Below, one piece after another: positions 20,356 to 30,500 of a DNA stretch of 64,000 bases. The notes below the pieces were generated by a model, which was not told the DNA's origin, made no database searches, and was given only the letters and a program-made list of their open reading frames with translations. The stretch spans positions 1,280,001 through 1,344,000 of the forward strand of contig CAVTCS010000003.1 in assembly GCA_963733295.1 (NCBI GenBank), written 5' to 3'. The stretch comes from Vulcanimicrobiota bacterium (lineage in GTDB: Bacteria > Vulcanimicrobiota > Vulcanimicrobiia > Vulcanimicrobiales > Vulcanimicrobiaceae). The first letter of the stretch is position 1, and each line of letters starts with the position of its first letter. Both the position numbers and the translations under genes were made by a program.

Positions 20356-21411
20356 TCACGGGAATTGCGCGAAGAAGGCCGAGCTTTGGTCGACCGGCAC
20401 CGCGGCGCGAGCGAAGCGGCGCGACAGCGTCTCGGCGTCGTGCGTCGGTGCGACAGTCAAGAGCGCTCCGCTCGCGCCGACCGAGCGCACCATGACGACG
20501 TCGATTTCTGCCGGGACGAGGGCCGTTTGGTACGGATCTAAACGAACCCACGTGCCGCGGCTTTCGAGTTCGACCGGCTTATCGAGTGCGAGCACGGCGA
20601 GGGGCATGCCCTCGAGATCGAGTCCGCGCAGTTCGTCGTCGACTTCGACGCGTTCGAGGATGAAGTTGTGATCCGCGACGAGGGTCGCGCGCTCGAGGCC
20701 GTCGAGCGAGTAACGCACGTTTCGCAGCGCGCCGGCCTCCGAGCGATGGTAATCTAGAACGTCGGCAGCTTTGTCGACGTTGAGCTCGCGCGGTTTTCCG
20801 TCCGCACCCAGCCGGTTGTAGTCGAAGATGCGATAGGTCAAGTCGCTCGCCTGCTGGGTTTCGAAAAGCACGATACCCGCGCCGATCGCATGGAGCGTGC
20901 CCGCGGGCAGGTAGAACACGTCGTGTGGTTTGACCTCGACGGGTCGCAACAGGTCCCCGAGCGATCCGTCCTTGACGCGTTCGAGATATTCGCCGCGCGA
21001 CGTGTCGCGATTCCAACCGAGAACGATCGACGCTCCCGGCTCGGCTTCTAAGACGTACCAGCATTCGGTCTTGCCGTTGGGCTGATGTTCGACGCGCTGG
21101 GCGTAGGCGTCATCGGGATGAACCTGCACCGAAAGCGCTTCTTGCGCGTCGATGAATTTCGTCAAGACCGGAAACGCGCGGGACGGGTCGAGAGCGCCGA
21201 CGAGCGCGCGCCCAAGTTCGCCGCGCAACTCGGCGATCGTCTTCCCGGCGAAATCGCCCGACTCGATGCGATTTTCGTCCCAGCATTCCCACGATTCGCC
21301 GATCTTCGCGTGCGGGTCGCCGGTCTTGCCGTAACGTGCCACGAGCGCGTGACCGCCCCAGATCAACTCGTGCTCTTGCGGTTCGACGATCAACGCGGCG
21401 TTCAAACTCAT
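20356..21411 (-). CDS. manA: Mannose-6-phosphate isomerase, type I
   Basis: IWGG, IGESW, LSVQVHPDD, KTECWY, AGTLHAIG, ETQQASDLTYR. Confidence 0.92.
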   Translation of the reverse strand: MSLNAALIVEPQEHELIWGGHALVARYGKTGDPHAKIGESWECWDENRIESGDFAGKTIAELRGELGRALVGALDPSRAFPVLTKFIDAQEALSVQVHPDDAYAQRVEHQPNGKTECWYVLEAEPGASIVLGWNRDTSRGEYLERVKDGSLGDLLRPVEVKPHDVFYLPAGTLHAIGAGIVLFETQQASDLTYRIFDYNRLGADGKPRELNVDKAADVLDYHRSEAGALRNVRYSLDGLERATLVADHNFILERVEVDDELRGLDLEGMPLAVLALDKPVELESRGTWVRLDPYQTALVPAEIDVVMVRSVGASGALLTVAPTHDAETLSRRFARAAVPVDQSSAFFAQFP

Positions 21412-21836
21412 CCTCCGAGGGCCTCGAGCCCGGCTTTAGCGACTTGCATATCTTCGTCCGACGTACCCGAGCTAACGCCGATTCCACCGGCCACTTGACC
21501 GTCGATCACGATCGGGAGGCCGCCCGCGATACCGGTTACGTTGAGCCGCGAGGCCAGCCCGAGGCGCACGCCCAGCAGAACGTCCCCTCCTGCTTCCTCC
21601 CCCGTCGGCCGCAAGCGGCGCGCCGCGGAGCGGGCCTTCGTCAGGGCGATCTCGATCGAGCCTGGGCGCGCGCCGTCCATGCGCGCGAACGCAAGCAGGT
21701 CCCCGCCTGCGTCCACGACCGCGATGCACATGGGCACCCCCATGAGCGCCGCCTTCTTCTCGGCGGCATGCACGAGTACGTGGCTGCCCTTGCACGAGAG
21801 CGCAACGCGATTGCGCACGACGAATGCTTCGTCCAC
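21408..21836 (-). CDS. GlcG/HbpS heme-binding family protein
   Basis: IAVVDAGG.L.AF.RMDGA, A..KA.SA, GG.PI...G.V.GGIGVS; start estimated. Confidence 0.85.
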   Translation of the reverse strand: MDEAFVVRNRVALSCKGSHVLVHAAEKKAALMGVPMCIAVVDAGGDLLAFARMDGARPGSIEIALTKARSAARRLRPTGEEAGGDVLLGVRLGLASRLNVTGIAGGLPIVIDGQVAGGIGVSSGTSDEDMQVAKAGLEALGG

Positions 21837-21981
21837 AGCTAACCCCCGTGAACGTTCTGCGAGAAGAACGCCGCCGTCGTGACGAAAGTAACCGCCCGGA
21901 ACCCCCGGACCCGCCCGCACCGTTCTCGTTCCACTTCGTCCTCCGACTCGAGTTGGGAAAAGGAGTATTCGGATCGCCGCC

Positions 21982-22716
21982 GTGTCACCGGACCTCGCCT
22001 TTCAGCATTGCGCCAACGCGGCTGCGGCGATCGTCGAGCAAGCGCCAGCCTTCGTCACCTACCGCGTCGCGACCCACGTGAGCGTCCCCGCGCTCGGCCG
22101 CGAGCGCGACATCCTCCGCTCGGTAAGCGTCCGCACGCGCGACGACAGCGCCGTCATCGTCGATCTTCCGGGCGGCAGCACGCAGCTCGGGCGCGGATTT
22201 CCGATTACGCCGAGCTTCGACGCCTTGTCGTATTTCGTGCTTCATTGGAAGATCGGTCTCCACCAGGACGTCACGTCGTACGTGAGCGACGTGGAACCGC
22301 TTCATTACGACAACACCTCGAGTACGGCCGACGTCGTCGTCTTCCGCCTGCGCCAGTACAAAGCGTACTTCGCCAAGGATTCGAGCGATGCGCCGAACGG
22401 ACAGACGCACGTGACCCTCGAGCCTTTCGACTACGTCAAACAGCAAGCCGCCAAACCGGACAACACCTTCTATCTGGCGGGCGTCTACATCGACAACACG
22501 AGCGGTTTGCCGACCCAGGTAACGTACAGCGGCGGCGACGACATCCGCTTCACGATCGACTACGGAACCTTCTCCGGATATTGGCTCGTGAAGCACGTTC
22601 ACTACGAGGAAACTCTGCACGGCCCGCTGCACGTCGGCCGCCTGCACTTCAGCGCGGATGCGGTGTACGACGACTTCGCCTTCCCGGCGAGTGCCCCGGA
22701 TCCGCGGCTCGTCTGA
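21982..22716 (+). CDS. Hypothetical protein (beta-rich)
   Basis: 244-aa ORF, AAGGAG upstream, TGATG coupling to the next gene. Confidence 0.65.
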   Translation: MSPDLAFQHCANAAAAIVEQAPAFVTYRVATHVSVPALGRERDILRSVSVRTRDDSAVIVDLPGGSTQLGRGFPITPSFDALSYFVLHWKIGLHQDVTSYVSDVEPLHYDNTSSTADVVVFRLRQYKAYFAKDSSDAPNGQTHVTLEPFDYVKQQAAKPDNTFYLAGVYIDNTSGLPTQVTYSGGDDIRFTIDYGTFSGYWLVKHVHYEETLHGPLHVGRLHFSADAVYDDFAFPASAPDPRLV

Positions 22717-23705
22717 TGCGCGCGGCGGTGTATGTGGGAACCGGCGGCGCGGAAGTCATTGCGATTCGCGATGTTCCGGAGCCCGTCTGCGGCACCGACG
22801 ACGCGCTCGTCGAGGTCGCGTTCGCGGGCCTGAACCGGGCCGACGTACTCGACCGGATGGGCGTCTACGGCGGCGGCAAGCGCGCGAGCGAAGTCGTTCC
22901 GGGCCTCGAGTTTTCCGGCATCGTGCGTGAAGTAGGCGCGCACGTGAAGAATTTGCACCCGGGTCAGCACGTCTGCGGCTTGGTTGCGGGCGGCGCGCAC
23001 GCCGAGCTCCTCGCAACGCAGGCTCAAACGCTCGCAGTTCTGCCCGGGAACGTCAGTCTCAAAGACGCTGCGGCGATCCCGGAGGCGTTCCTCACGGCCT
23101 ACGACGCGCTCTTCACGCTAGGCGGGCTCGGGCTCGGGCAGAACGTCCTCATCCATGCGTGCGGGAGCTCCGTCGGCCTCGCGGGCGCCGCGCTGGCAAA
23201 GCGCGCGGGAGCGTTCACGCTCGGAACGTCGCGGACCGCGAGCAAACTCGAGCGTGCGCGCGAGCTCTTGGACGCCGGACTCGTGCTCGACGAGGGCTGG
23301 CCGAAACGCGCGGTCGAAGCGACCGGCGGCCGCGGCGTCGACCTCATCCTCGACTTCATCGGCGAACCGACGCTCGAGGGCAACGTCGCGGCACTTGCCT
23401 CCGGCGGCCGCATCATCCAAATCGGGACGCTCGGCGGACAGCGCGTCTCGGTTTCGCTCGGCGCGATGATGGTAAAACGTGTTTCCCTCATCAACACCGT
23501 GATGAAGACGCGTCCGCTCGACGAAAAGATCGCCCTCGCGCGCGTGCTCGAGCGGCGCCTCCTACCGCTCTTCGCGCGCAGCGAACTACGCGCCGAAGTC
23601 GATACCGTCTTCCCGCTCGAGCGGCTCGCCGATGCGCACCGCGCGATGGAAGCCAACGCAAACTTCGGCAAGCTCGTGATCGCGATCGGATCTGCGAAGG
23701 GCTAG
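22716..23705 (+). CDS. NAD(P)H-quinone oxidoreductase (MDR/PIG3-like)
   Basis: GLNRAD, PGLEFSG, AAAIPEAFLTA, VLIHA.GS.VG, AH..ME.N.NFGK. Confidence 0.92.
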   Translation: MRAAVYVGTGGAEVIAIRDVPEPVCGTDDALVEVAFAGLNRADVLDRMGVYGGGKRASEVVPGLEFSGIVREVGAHVKNLHPGQHVCGLVAGGAHAELLATQAQTLAVLPGNVSLKDAAAIPEAFLTAYDALFTLGGLGLGQNVLIHACGSSVGLAGAALAKRAGAFTLGTSRTASKLERARELLDAGLVLDEGWPKRAVEATGGRGVDLILDFIGEPTLEGNVAALASGGRIIQIGTLGGQRVSVSLGAMMVKRVSLINTVMKTRPLDEKIALARVLERRLLPLFARSELRAEVDTVFPLERLADAHRAMEANANFGKLVIAIGSAKG

Positions 23706-23722
23706 AGGCCGGAACCGGAACT

Positions 23723-23810
23723 AGGAGAGGGGGAGATTCGAACTCCCGAGACGTTCATCACGTCCTCCCGCTTTCGAGGCGGGTGCCTTCAACCACTCGA
23801 CCACCTCTCC
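23723..23810 (-). tRNA. tRNA-Ser(CGA)
   Basis: GGAGAGG acceptor stem, CCCGC-CTCGAAA-GCGGG anticodon arm, long variable arm, GTTCGAATC; CCA not encoded. Confidence 0.95.
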
Positions 23811-23895
23811 CGGCGGCCCGGCGCGCGAACCAGCCCACTATTAGCACGCTAGACGCAAGCGGTCCTGGCGCCCCTGCCGCGAAAGCGCCGCCTCG

Positions 23896-24606
23896 GTGCG
23901 CATCTCACGCGAACGCTTCGTCCTGACTGCCGGCGCGACGCTGTGCGCGCTCGGTGCAGTAGCGGCAAGCGCTGCGAAGGTTCCGGAACCCATTCCCGGC
24001 TGCACTCCGCCGCCCGCGCCCGCAATACCGGGTCCGCCGCGCAAAATCATGTTGATCCGGCACGCCGAGAAACCTACGGACACCCAAGGCGGCGTCGACG
24101 CCGCTGGAGCGAGCGACCCGAATTCGCTTCGAATCCAGGGTTGGTTGCGCGCCGGCGCGTTGGTACGCTTCTTCGCCGAACCGAACGCTCCGGGTATCGA
24201 GAAACCAACGACGCTCTATGCCGGCGCGTACCTCAAGGCGAAACACGGCGTCGTGCTCGACGACACCAAGAGCCTGCGGCCGTACGAAACGCTCTCACCG
24301 CTCGCCGCGCGCTTGAACGTTTCGGTCGATACGTGTTTTCCGGCCGGTGACGAAACGGGACTCGCCGCAGCGCTGCTGCGCAGCGGCGGCATCGTTCTTG
24401 TGGCGTGGGAGCACAAGCACATCCCGCTGCTGGCCGCGGCGCTTCCTGTGCGTAACGCGCGCGACGTTCCGGTCACCTGGCCGGGACCGCGCTACGATAT
24501 GGTTTTCCTTTTCGACTTGCACGACGAGCGCAAGCGCTACACGTTCTCGCAGGTGCCGCAACTCCTGCTCCCCGGCGACTCCGCTGCGCCCTTTGCAGCC
24601 GGCTAG
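23896..24606 (+). CDS. Secreted histidine-phosphatase-superfamily-like protein
   Basis: IMLIRHAEKP, RP.ET..PLA, LVAWEH..IP; N-terminal signal peptide. Confidence 0.7.
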   Translation: MRISRERFVLTAGATLCALGAVAASAAKVPEPIPGCTPPPAPAIPGPPRKIMLIRHAEKPTDTQGGVDAAGASDPNSLRIQGWLRAGALVRFFAEPNAPGIEKPTTLYAGAYLKAKHGVVLDDTKSLRPYETLSPLAARLNVSVDTCFPAGDETGLAAALLRSGGIVLVAWEHKHIPLLAAALPVRNARDVPVTWPGPRYDMVFLFDLHDERKRYTFSQVPQLLLPGDSAAPFAAG

Positions 24607-24617
24607 CGCACGCAGCC

Positions 24618-25085
24618 CTAGAAACCGTTCTTGCCAGGACGGCGCTCCGCGAAGAACGCACGGAGTTGTTCGGCGGTTTCGTCCCGCAGAATTCCGGCGA
24701 CGACTTCGACGCGGTGGTTGGCAGCTTCCGACGCGAAGACGTCGATGACGCTGCCCGCCGCTCCACCCTTGGGATCCCGGCATCCGAAAACGACTCGCTC
24801 GACGCGCGCGGCGACGATCGCGCCGGCGCACATCGCACATGGTTCTTTGGTGACGTAGAGGGTCGCTTTGGGGAGTCGCCACACGCCGAGCGCTTCCGCC
24901 GCCGCGCGGATCGCGAGGATCTCGGCGTGCGCGGTGGGATCGGGACGGCGCTCCTTCTCGTTCCGTCCCTCGAAGGTGCGCCCGCCACACAGCAACACCG
25001 CTCCAACTGGGACCTCGCCGGCCCGCGCCGCCTCATCGGCGAGTTCGAGCGCACGGCGCATGCGCGCCGCGTCGCTTTCAGGCAT
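24618..25085 (-). CDS. tadA: tRNA adenosine(34) deaminase
   Basis: GEVPVGAV, DPTAHAE, YVTKEPCAMC, DPKGGAAGS, NHRV. Confidence 0.95.
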   Translation of the reverse strand: MPESDAARMRRALELADEAARAGEVPVGAVLLCGGRTFEGRNEKERRPDPTAHAEILAIRAAAEALGVWRLPKATLYVTKEPCAMCAGAIVAARVERVVFGCRDPKGGAAGSVIDVFASEAANHRVEVVAGILRDETAEQLRAFFAERRPGKNGF

Positions 25086-26910
25086 CCAAGCGCGGACGAA
25101 CGACGAGGTCGGGAACGGGACGCGGCGCATGCTCTGCGATCGCGCCCTCGCGATCGAGCGCCTGCGCGAGTTGATCGATGGCAAGCGTCAGTCCGGCCAC
25201 GCGCTTACGGACTTCGGGATCGTCGGGCAGCGGATAGACTTGATTCGGGCGAGCTTTCGGATCACTCGAAAGGATCAGCGCGTCGTACGGGACGTCGGGA
25301 GGAACCGGCTCGCCGTAGCCTGCGTCGAACCGTTCGAGATACGCGCGCAGCGTCGCCATACTGGTCCGGTAGCGCAACCAGCGGTGGTTCTCCCACGACA
25401 TTCCCGTTCCGGGCGCGAGCGTACTGGGCGCCGCGAAGCGTCCGACGAGAAAACGGCCGGCCCGAATTCCGCGTTGCTTGAGATCGTCGACCTGCTTCTT
25501 GTCCATGTTCAAGTGAAGTCCACCCTCGGCCGGCGTGAGCTCGACCGTCACGATGCGGTCGCGGAAACCGGGCAACTCCGCGAGCGTCGTATCCGACCAG
25601 TTCTGCATGACGTCGAAAATCGCGCCGAAAAAACCAAAGAGCCCGAGTATCGGATTGAACGGCGTCAGCCGCCCACTCCGATTCGAGCTTGCGTAGCGGA
25701 TGACCCCGGCGTCCTCGCCGGGTGCGGGCTCACCCCGTTTCTCGTCGGTCGTCGAACCGAGGTTGATCGCGAGCGTCGGACGGCGCGGCAGCGGCGCGTC
25801 GAAGAGCGCGATCGGAAAGTTGCTCGAGAGACCGCCGTCCGAAAACCATACCGGTTGCGGCGTGCCCGTCGGATCGTCGGCGTAGTCGACGGCGTAAAAC
25901 GGCACGGCGCTCAGCAGCAGCGGGAACGCGAGGCTGAGCCGCGTGGCGACGACGACCGGAAGGTCGCCGATCGGCGGCAGCGCGTGAAGTTTTGCAAAGG
26001 GCTTCGCGCCCGGACGCGCCTTCTTTTCCATCCAGTCGACGACGTGCGGCGGAAAGTAGCGCGCCATTTCCTCGGAGTTGAAGTAATACCGGTCGAGTCG
26101 GCAAGGCAAATTGAACGGGCGTCCTTCGGTGAGCGACGTCGTCATCATCTGCAAATCGATCGCGCGCTCGCCGGCTGGATCGTCGGCGCCTTTTACGTTC
26201 GGCCCCGCTTCGGGATCCCACAGCATCGCAAAAGTCAGCGGCGCGATACCCGGCGGCAATCCGGCCGTCGACTCGAGTTCGCGCGCGAGCCAGGTGCAGA
26301 GCGCATCGGGGTTGTTCCGGGAATCGTCGATTCCGCTCACCAAACCGTAGCCGTTCCGGGGCAGCGCGCGCAACGCTTCGATGGCGAAAGCGACGATGGA
26401 ACAGACGAACGCGCCGGCCAGCGCAACCGCGATCGAAACGATGGCGTGTGCGATGACGGCCCCGCGCGCCTCGAGTTGCGTCGCTGCCAAGAGACCGAAC
26501 GCGCCGGGCAGAGCGCCGAGCACCATGGCGAGCGCATATTCGAGCGGAATCTTCGCGAGGCGCGCCGCCAAGTTTCGGCCCGGCAGCGCGACGCCGGCAA
26601 TGCTGTTGAAAAGACGCCGGGTCGCGCGGTTCGGCGCGAAAAGACCCAATAGGTGGCCGCCGTCGCCGAGCCAGTCGGGCACTTGCGCAAGCCGCTCGTA
26701 GCCCGCCTCCTGATCGTCGGTTCCAGCGCGCCGGATCCGGCGGTACTGTGCGGCGGCCGCAAGCGCCGCCGCGATCGCCCCTGCGGAGGTGCCGCCGATG
26801 CTCTTCAAATCGAAGGCTCGCGAAATCTCGTAGATCGCGGACGGATAGACAATCCCGCTGGTCACGCCCCCCTTCATGACCAGGTCGCAAGGCCGGCGTT
26901 GCTCGCTCAT
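25078..26910 (-). CDS. Patatin-like phospholipase with internal TM helices
   Basis: DLVMKGGVTSG, GGTSAG (nucleophile), FSDGGLSSNFP. Confidence 0.9.
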   Translation of the reverse strand: MSEQRRPCDLVMKGGVTSGIVYPSAIYEISRAFDLKSIGGTSAGAIAAALAAAAQYRRIRRAGTDDQEAGYERLAQVPDWLGDGGHLLGLFAPNRATRRLFNSIAGVALPGRNLAARLAKIPLEYALAMVLGALPGAFGLLAATQLEARGAVIAHAIVSIAVALAGAFVCSIVAFAIEALRALPRNGYGLVSGIDDSRNNPDALCTWLARELESTAGLPPGIAPLTFAMLWDPEAGPNVKGADDPAGERAIDLQMMTTSLTEGRPFNLPCRLDRYYFNSEEMARYFPPHVVDWMEKKARPGAKPFAKLHALPPIGDLPVVVATRLSLAFPLLLSAVPFYAVDYADDPTGTPQPVWFSDGGLSSNFPIALFDAPLPRRPTLAINLGSTTDEKRGEPAPGEDAGVIRYASSNRSGRLTPFNPILGLFGFFGAIFDVMQNWSDTTLAELPGFRDRIVTVELTPAEGGLHLNMDKKQVDDLKQRGIRAGRFLVGRFAAPSTLAPGTGMSWENHRWLRYRTSMATLRAYLERFDAGYGEPVPPDVPYDALILSSDPKARPNQVYPLPDDPEVRKRVAGLTLAIDQLAQALDREGAIAEHAPRPVPDLVVRPRLDA

Positions 26911-26996
26911 ACGCTCAGCGTTACAGCTTCCGCATCGCGTGATCGTCCTCACGCTCTCGGATGGTGAGTTCGCTCACACCGCTCGAGGAAGAATCG

Positions 26997-27070
<74 letters not shown>

Positions 27071-27085
27071 AAAGGGAACCGGCGC

Positions 27086-27328
27086 CTACTTCGGCTCCTC
27101 CGGTACAACCGGCGCGGTCGAGGTCGGGAGGTGCTTAAACAAATCGAGCTTGTGGTCGACGAGACCGCGATAGAACTTCCGCACGCAATCCGGGTGTCCG
27201 AAGAAGTACGTGCGCGCGTATGCCAAATCGTCCCCGGACGAGTCCGGGACGTAGTGCGAGATCTCGATTTCTTCCATCTGACCGCGGTCAACCGGGTGAG
27301 GACAGAAATCGCAGGGGATCGTTGACAT
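27086..27328 (-). CDS. Small hypothetical protein with CxxC...HxxC (putative Zn finger)
   Basis: CDFC and HPDC in an 80-aa ORF; GAGAAGG upstream. Confidence 0.6.
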   Translation of the reverse strand: MSTIPCDFCPHPVDRGQMEEIEISHYVPDSSGDDLAYARTYFFGHPDCVRKFYRGLVDHKLDLFKHLPTSTAPVVPEEPK

Positions 27329-27380
27329 CGTACGCTGTTACCTTCTCGTAAAAGTTCGTGACTCGGGGTCGACCCGACCC

Positions 27381-27510
27381 GCGACCCGGGGCTCGTGACC
27401 TTCCGCTAGGCTGCCCCAGCTTCTCGCATCCTGGCTCGACACCTCGAAAAGCCAGAACCCGCTCATGAGGTTCAACGATGCAGAGGGCAACTCTGGCCCA
27501 CGGGTTACGC
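27381..27510 (-). ncRNA. Candidate structured RNA (long stem with three-way junction), family unknown
   Basis: Nested complementary segments read by eye; two positions pair as G-U only on the minus strand. Confidence 0.4.
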
Positions 27511-27516
27511 GCCCGG

Positions 27517-30500
27517 TCAGGGGCTGCTTTCGAGAAATTCTTGAGCGCGCTGCGCGTCGGAGAGCCGCCGTGGGACGGCGCTGTTCGCCGCGTTGATGAG
27601 GGCTTGGTCGTGCGGCGGCACCGACCATAAACGTATCGTCCGGTCCCCTGACGCGCTGACCACGCGCCGGCCGTCGGTCGAAAACATGGCCGAGTCGACC
27701 CAATCGTCGTGTCCGCTCAACACGGCAACCTCAGCCCCGCTCTGCGCGTCCCAAAGGCGTACGGTCTGGTCCCGGGAAGCGCTGATCACGCGCCGGCCAT
27801 CGGGTGAAAACGCGGCAAAGTTGACGCGGTTCTGATGTCCGCGGAGCACGGCGAGCTGAGCTCCGGTCGTCGCATCCCAGATGCGCACGGTGTCGTCCCG
27901 CGAGGCGCTGACGATACGCCGGCCGTCGGACGAGAAGACGGCGGAGAAAACCCAATTCTTGTGTCCGCGAAGCACGTTCAGTTGAGCACCGCTCGAGGCA
28001 TCCCACACACGCACGGTTTTGTCGGCGGACGCGCTGACCACGCGCCGGCCGTCCGGAGAGAACGCGGCATAATAGACGGTATCGCCGTGTCCGCGCAGCA
28101 CGCGGAGTTGCGCGCCGCTCGAAGCGTCCCAGAGACGCACGGTTCTGTCGCTGGATGCGCTGACCACGCGCCGGCCGTCCGGCGAAAAGGCCGCGGAGTA
28201 GACCCAATTTCCGTGTCCGCGGAGCACGCGAAGTTGCGCGCCGCTGAGCGCGTCCCACAGGCGCACCGTCTTGTCCTCAGATGCGCTCACCACGCGCCGG
28301 CCGTCGGGCGAGAATAGAGCCGTGAAGACCGCACCGTTGTGTCCGCGCAACACCGCCAGCTGCGCGTCGCTCGATGCATCCCACAAGCGCACCGTCTTGT
28401 CACCCGACGCGCTGACCACAAAGCGGCTATCGGGTGAAAACGCGGCGGAGTAGACCGCATCGGAGTGCCCGCGCAGTACGGCGATCTCGGCCGCGCTCGA
28501 CGTGCTCCACATGCGCACGGTCTTATCCTGGGAAGCGCTGACCACGCGTCGCTCGTCGGGCGAAAACATCGCGGAGTTGACCCAATCTTCATGTCCGCGA
28601 AGGACGGCGAGCTGCGCACCGCTGGCCGCATCCCATACGCGCACGCTTCGGTCGTTGGAGGCGCTGATCACGCGGCGGCCGTCGGACGAGAAGGCCGCTG
28701 AGTTAACCCTTTCGTCGTGTCCGCGGAGCACCGCAAGCTGAGCTCCGTCCCTGGCATCCCAAATGCGGACGGTCTTGTCTTTGGATGCGCTCGCGATGCG
28801 CCGGCCGTTGGGTGAGAAGACCGCCGAGTAGATCGCGCCTTGATGTCCGCGCAGCACGGCGAGCTGCGCGCCGCTCGTCGCGTCCCAGATGCGCACCGTG
28901 TCGTCGCTGGATGCGCTCACGACGTGCCGGCCGTCAGGCGAGAACGCCGCGGAATTTACCGCATCCTGATGTCCGTGAAGTACCGTAAGCTGCGCGCCGC
29001 TCGTCGCGTCCCAGATGCGCACGGTCTTGTCGCTCGAGCCGCTGACCACGCGCCGGCCGTCCGGCGAGAACGCAGCGGAATTGACCGCATCTCCGTGTCC
29101 GCGCAATACGGCAAGCTGGGCGCCGCTCGTCGCGTCCCAGACGCGCACCGTCTTGTCGCTCGAGGCGCTGACCGCGCGGCGGCCGTCGGGCGAGAAGACG
29201 GCGCTATTGACGACATCTCCGTGTCCGTGAAGTACCGCAAGCTGCGCGCCGCTGGTCGCGTCCCAGATGCGTACGGTCTTGTCGCTCGAGGCGCTAACCA
29301 GGCGCCGGCCGTCGGGCGAGAAGGCCGCGGAATTGACCGCGTCCGTATGGCCGCGCAGTACCATGCGTTCGCGTTGATTTGCAACCGCGTCCTCGAGCGC
29401 GTACTCGGCATCGCTGACGAAGGGCCGATCCGGATGCGCGATCTTCTTGGGAAGCGCTTGGAGCGCGAGGAGCATCCCGAGCACCGCGTCGCCCCCGTTC
29501 ACCGCGTTTTGCGCGTCGCGTGCCAGGAAATGCGACTGGGAAACGAGGGCGTCGTTCCGTTCGCGCTGAGCGATGAAGAACGCCCCGGTGGATACCACGG
29601 AAAGAACCGCAAGCGCGAGGATGACGGCTGCGGCAATGGTCCAGCGCCGTCGCGCGGCGGCTTTCGCCGCTGCATCCGACTGCGCAATGAAATCGCGCAA
29701 CTCGGCGGGAAGTTCGTCGCCCCAGCGACGCATGAGGTCCGTCGCTTCCTCCAGCGGCAACCCGGGAGCCAGCAGGAGGCTGTTGCGATTCTTTTGCACC
29801 GCCGCCCGCCAGCGCGAAGCGGCATCGCTGATTCTGGCTTCGAGCTGGAGGCTCGCGCGATTCTCTTCGATGCATTGCTGCGCGCGAGTCCAGTGGCTCA
29901 GCAGCGCTTGATGCGCGACTCGAACCATCGGCTCACCACCGGCGTGATCGGCGGTCGTGACGAAGAGGCGCGCGTCGGGTGCGGCAAACGCATCGATCAA
30001 GCGCCTCTCCGGCGTACCTGCCGGAAACCGCGCGAGCGGCGCCGAGCGAGCCGCGATCTGCCCTTCGGCTCCAATCGTTACGATCGCGCGCAGGACGCGC
30101 GGCAGTGCGCTTTGGACTTCTTGCGGGAGCGCCTCGAATTCGCCGTCGGCGCGCCGCGCCAGCGCGCCTTCCAAACCACCGAGACTCCGGTACGCCTCGA
30201 GGGTCAGCATTCCGCGATCGGTGCGCTGGCGCCAAAGCTCGTCGAGCACGAACGAGAGCAGCGGGAGCGCGTCTCGTTCCCTCGCGGCAACGCGAATACG
30301 CTCGTCGAGCGACGTATTGTCGCTCGGATCGACCTCGAAGCGCAAGCCGGCTTCGCGCGCGGGCTCGCGAATGATCTGACCGACTTCAGCGTCGCTCGGC
30401 GGGAGCAAGAGGTAACGCGAGTCACGCTCGGCGAGTTCCGCCAAGGCCGGAAAGCTCTCGAGGCGGTCGAAGAAATCGCTGCGCATCGTCGCGATGATCC

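Noticed and set aside
21879..23705. 608-aa ORF as a fusion protein
   Set aside because: The N-part is an off-frame overlap of the 21982-22716 gene; the oxidoreductase starts at ATG 22716 (TGATG).
25078..26910. Patatin as part of a CBASS system
   Set aside because: No CD-NTase or cap2/cap3-like gene in the window.
27381..27510. Identification as 6S RNA, SRP RNA or hammerhead ribozyme
   Set aside because: TTGAACC/GCGGGTTC recalls 6S but the length and bubble layout do not fit; no SRP GGAA/AGCAG domain; CTCATGAG is not CTGATGAG and lacks a properly placed GAAA.
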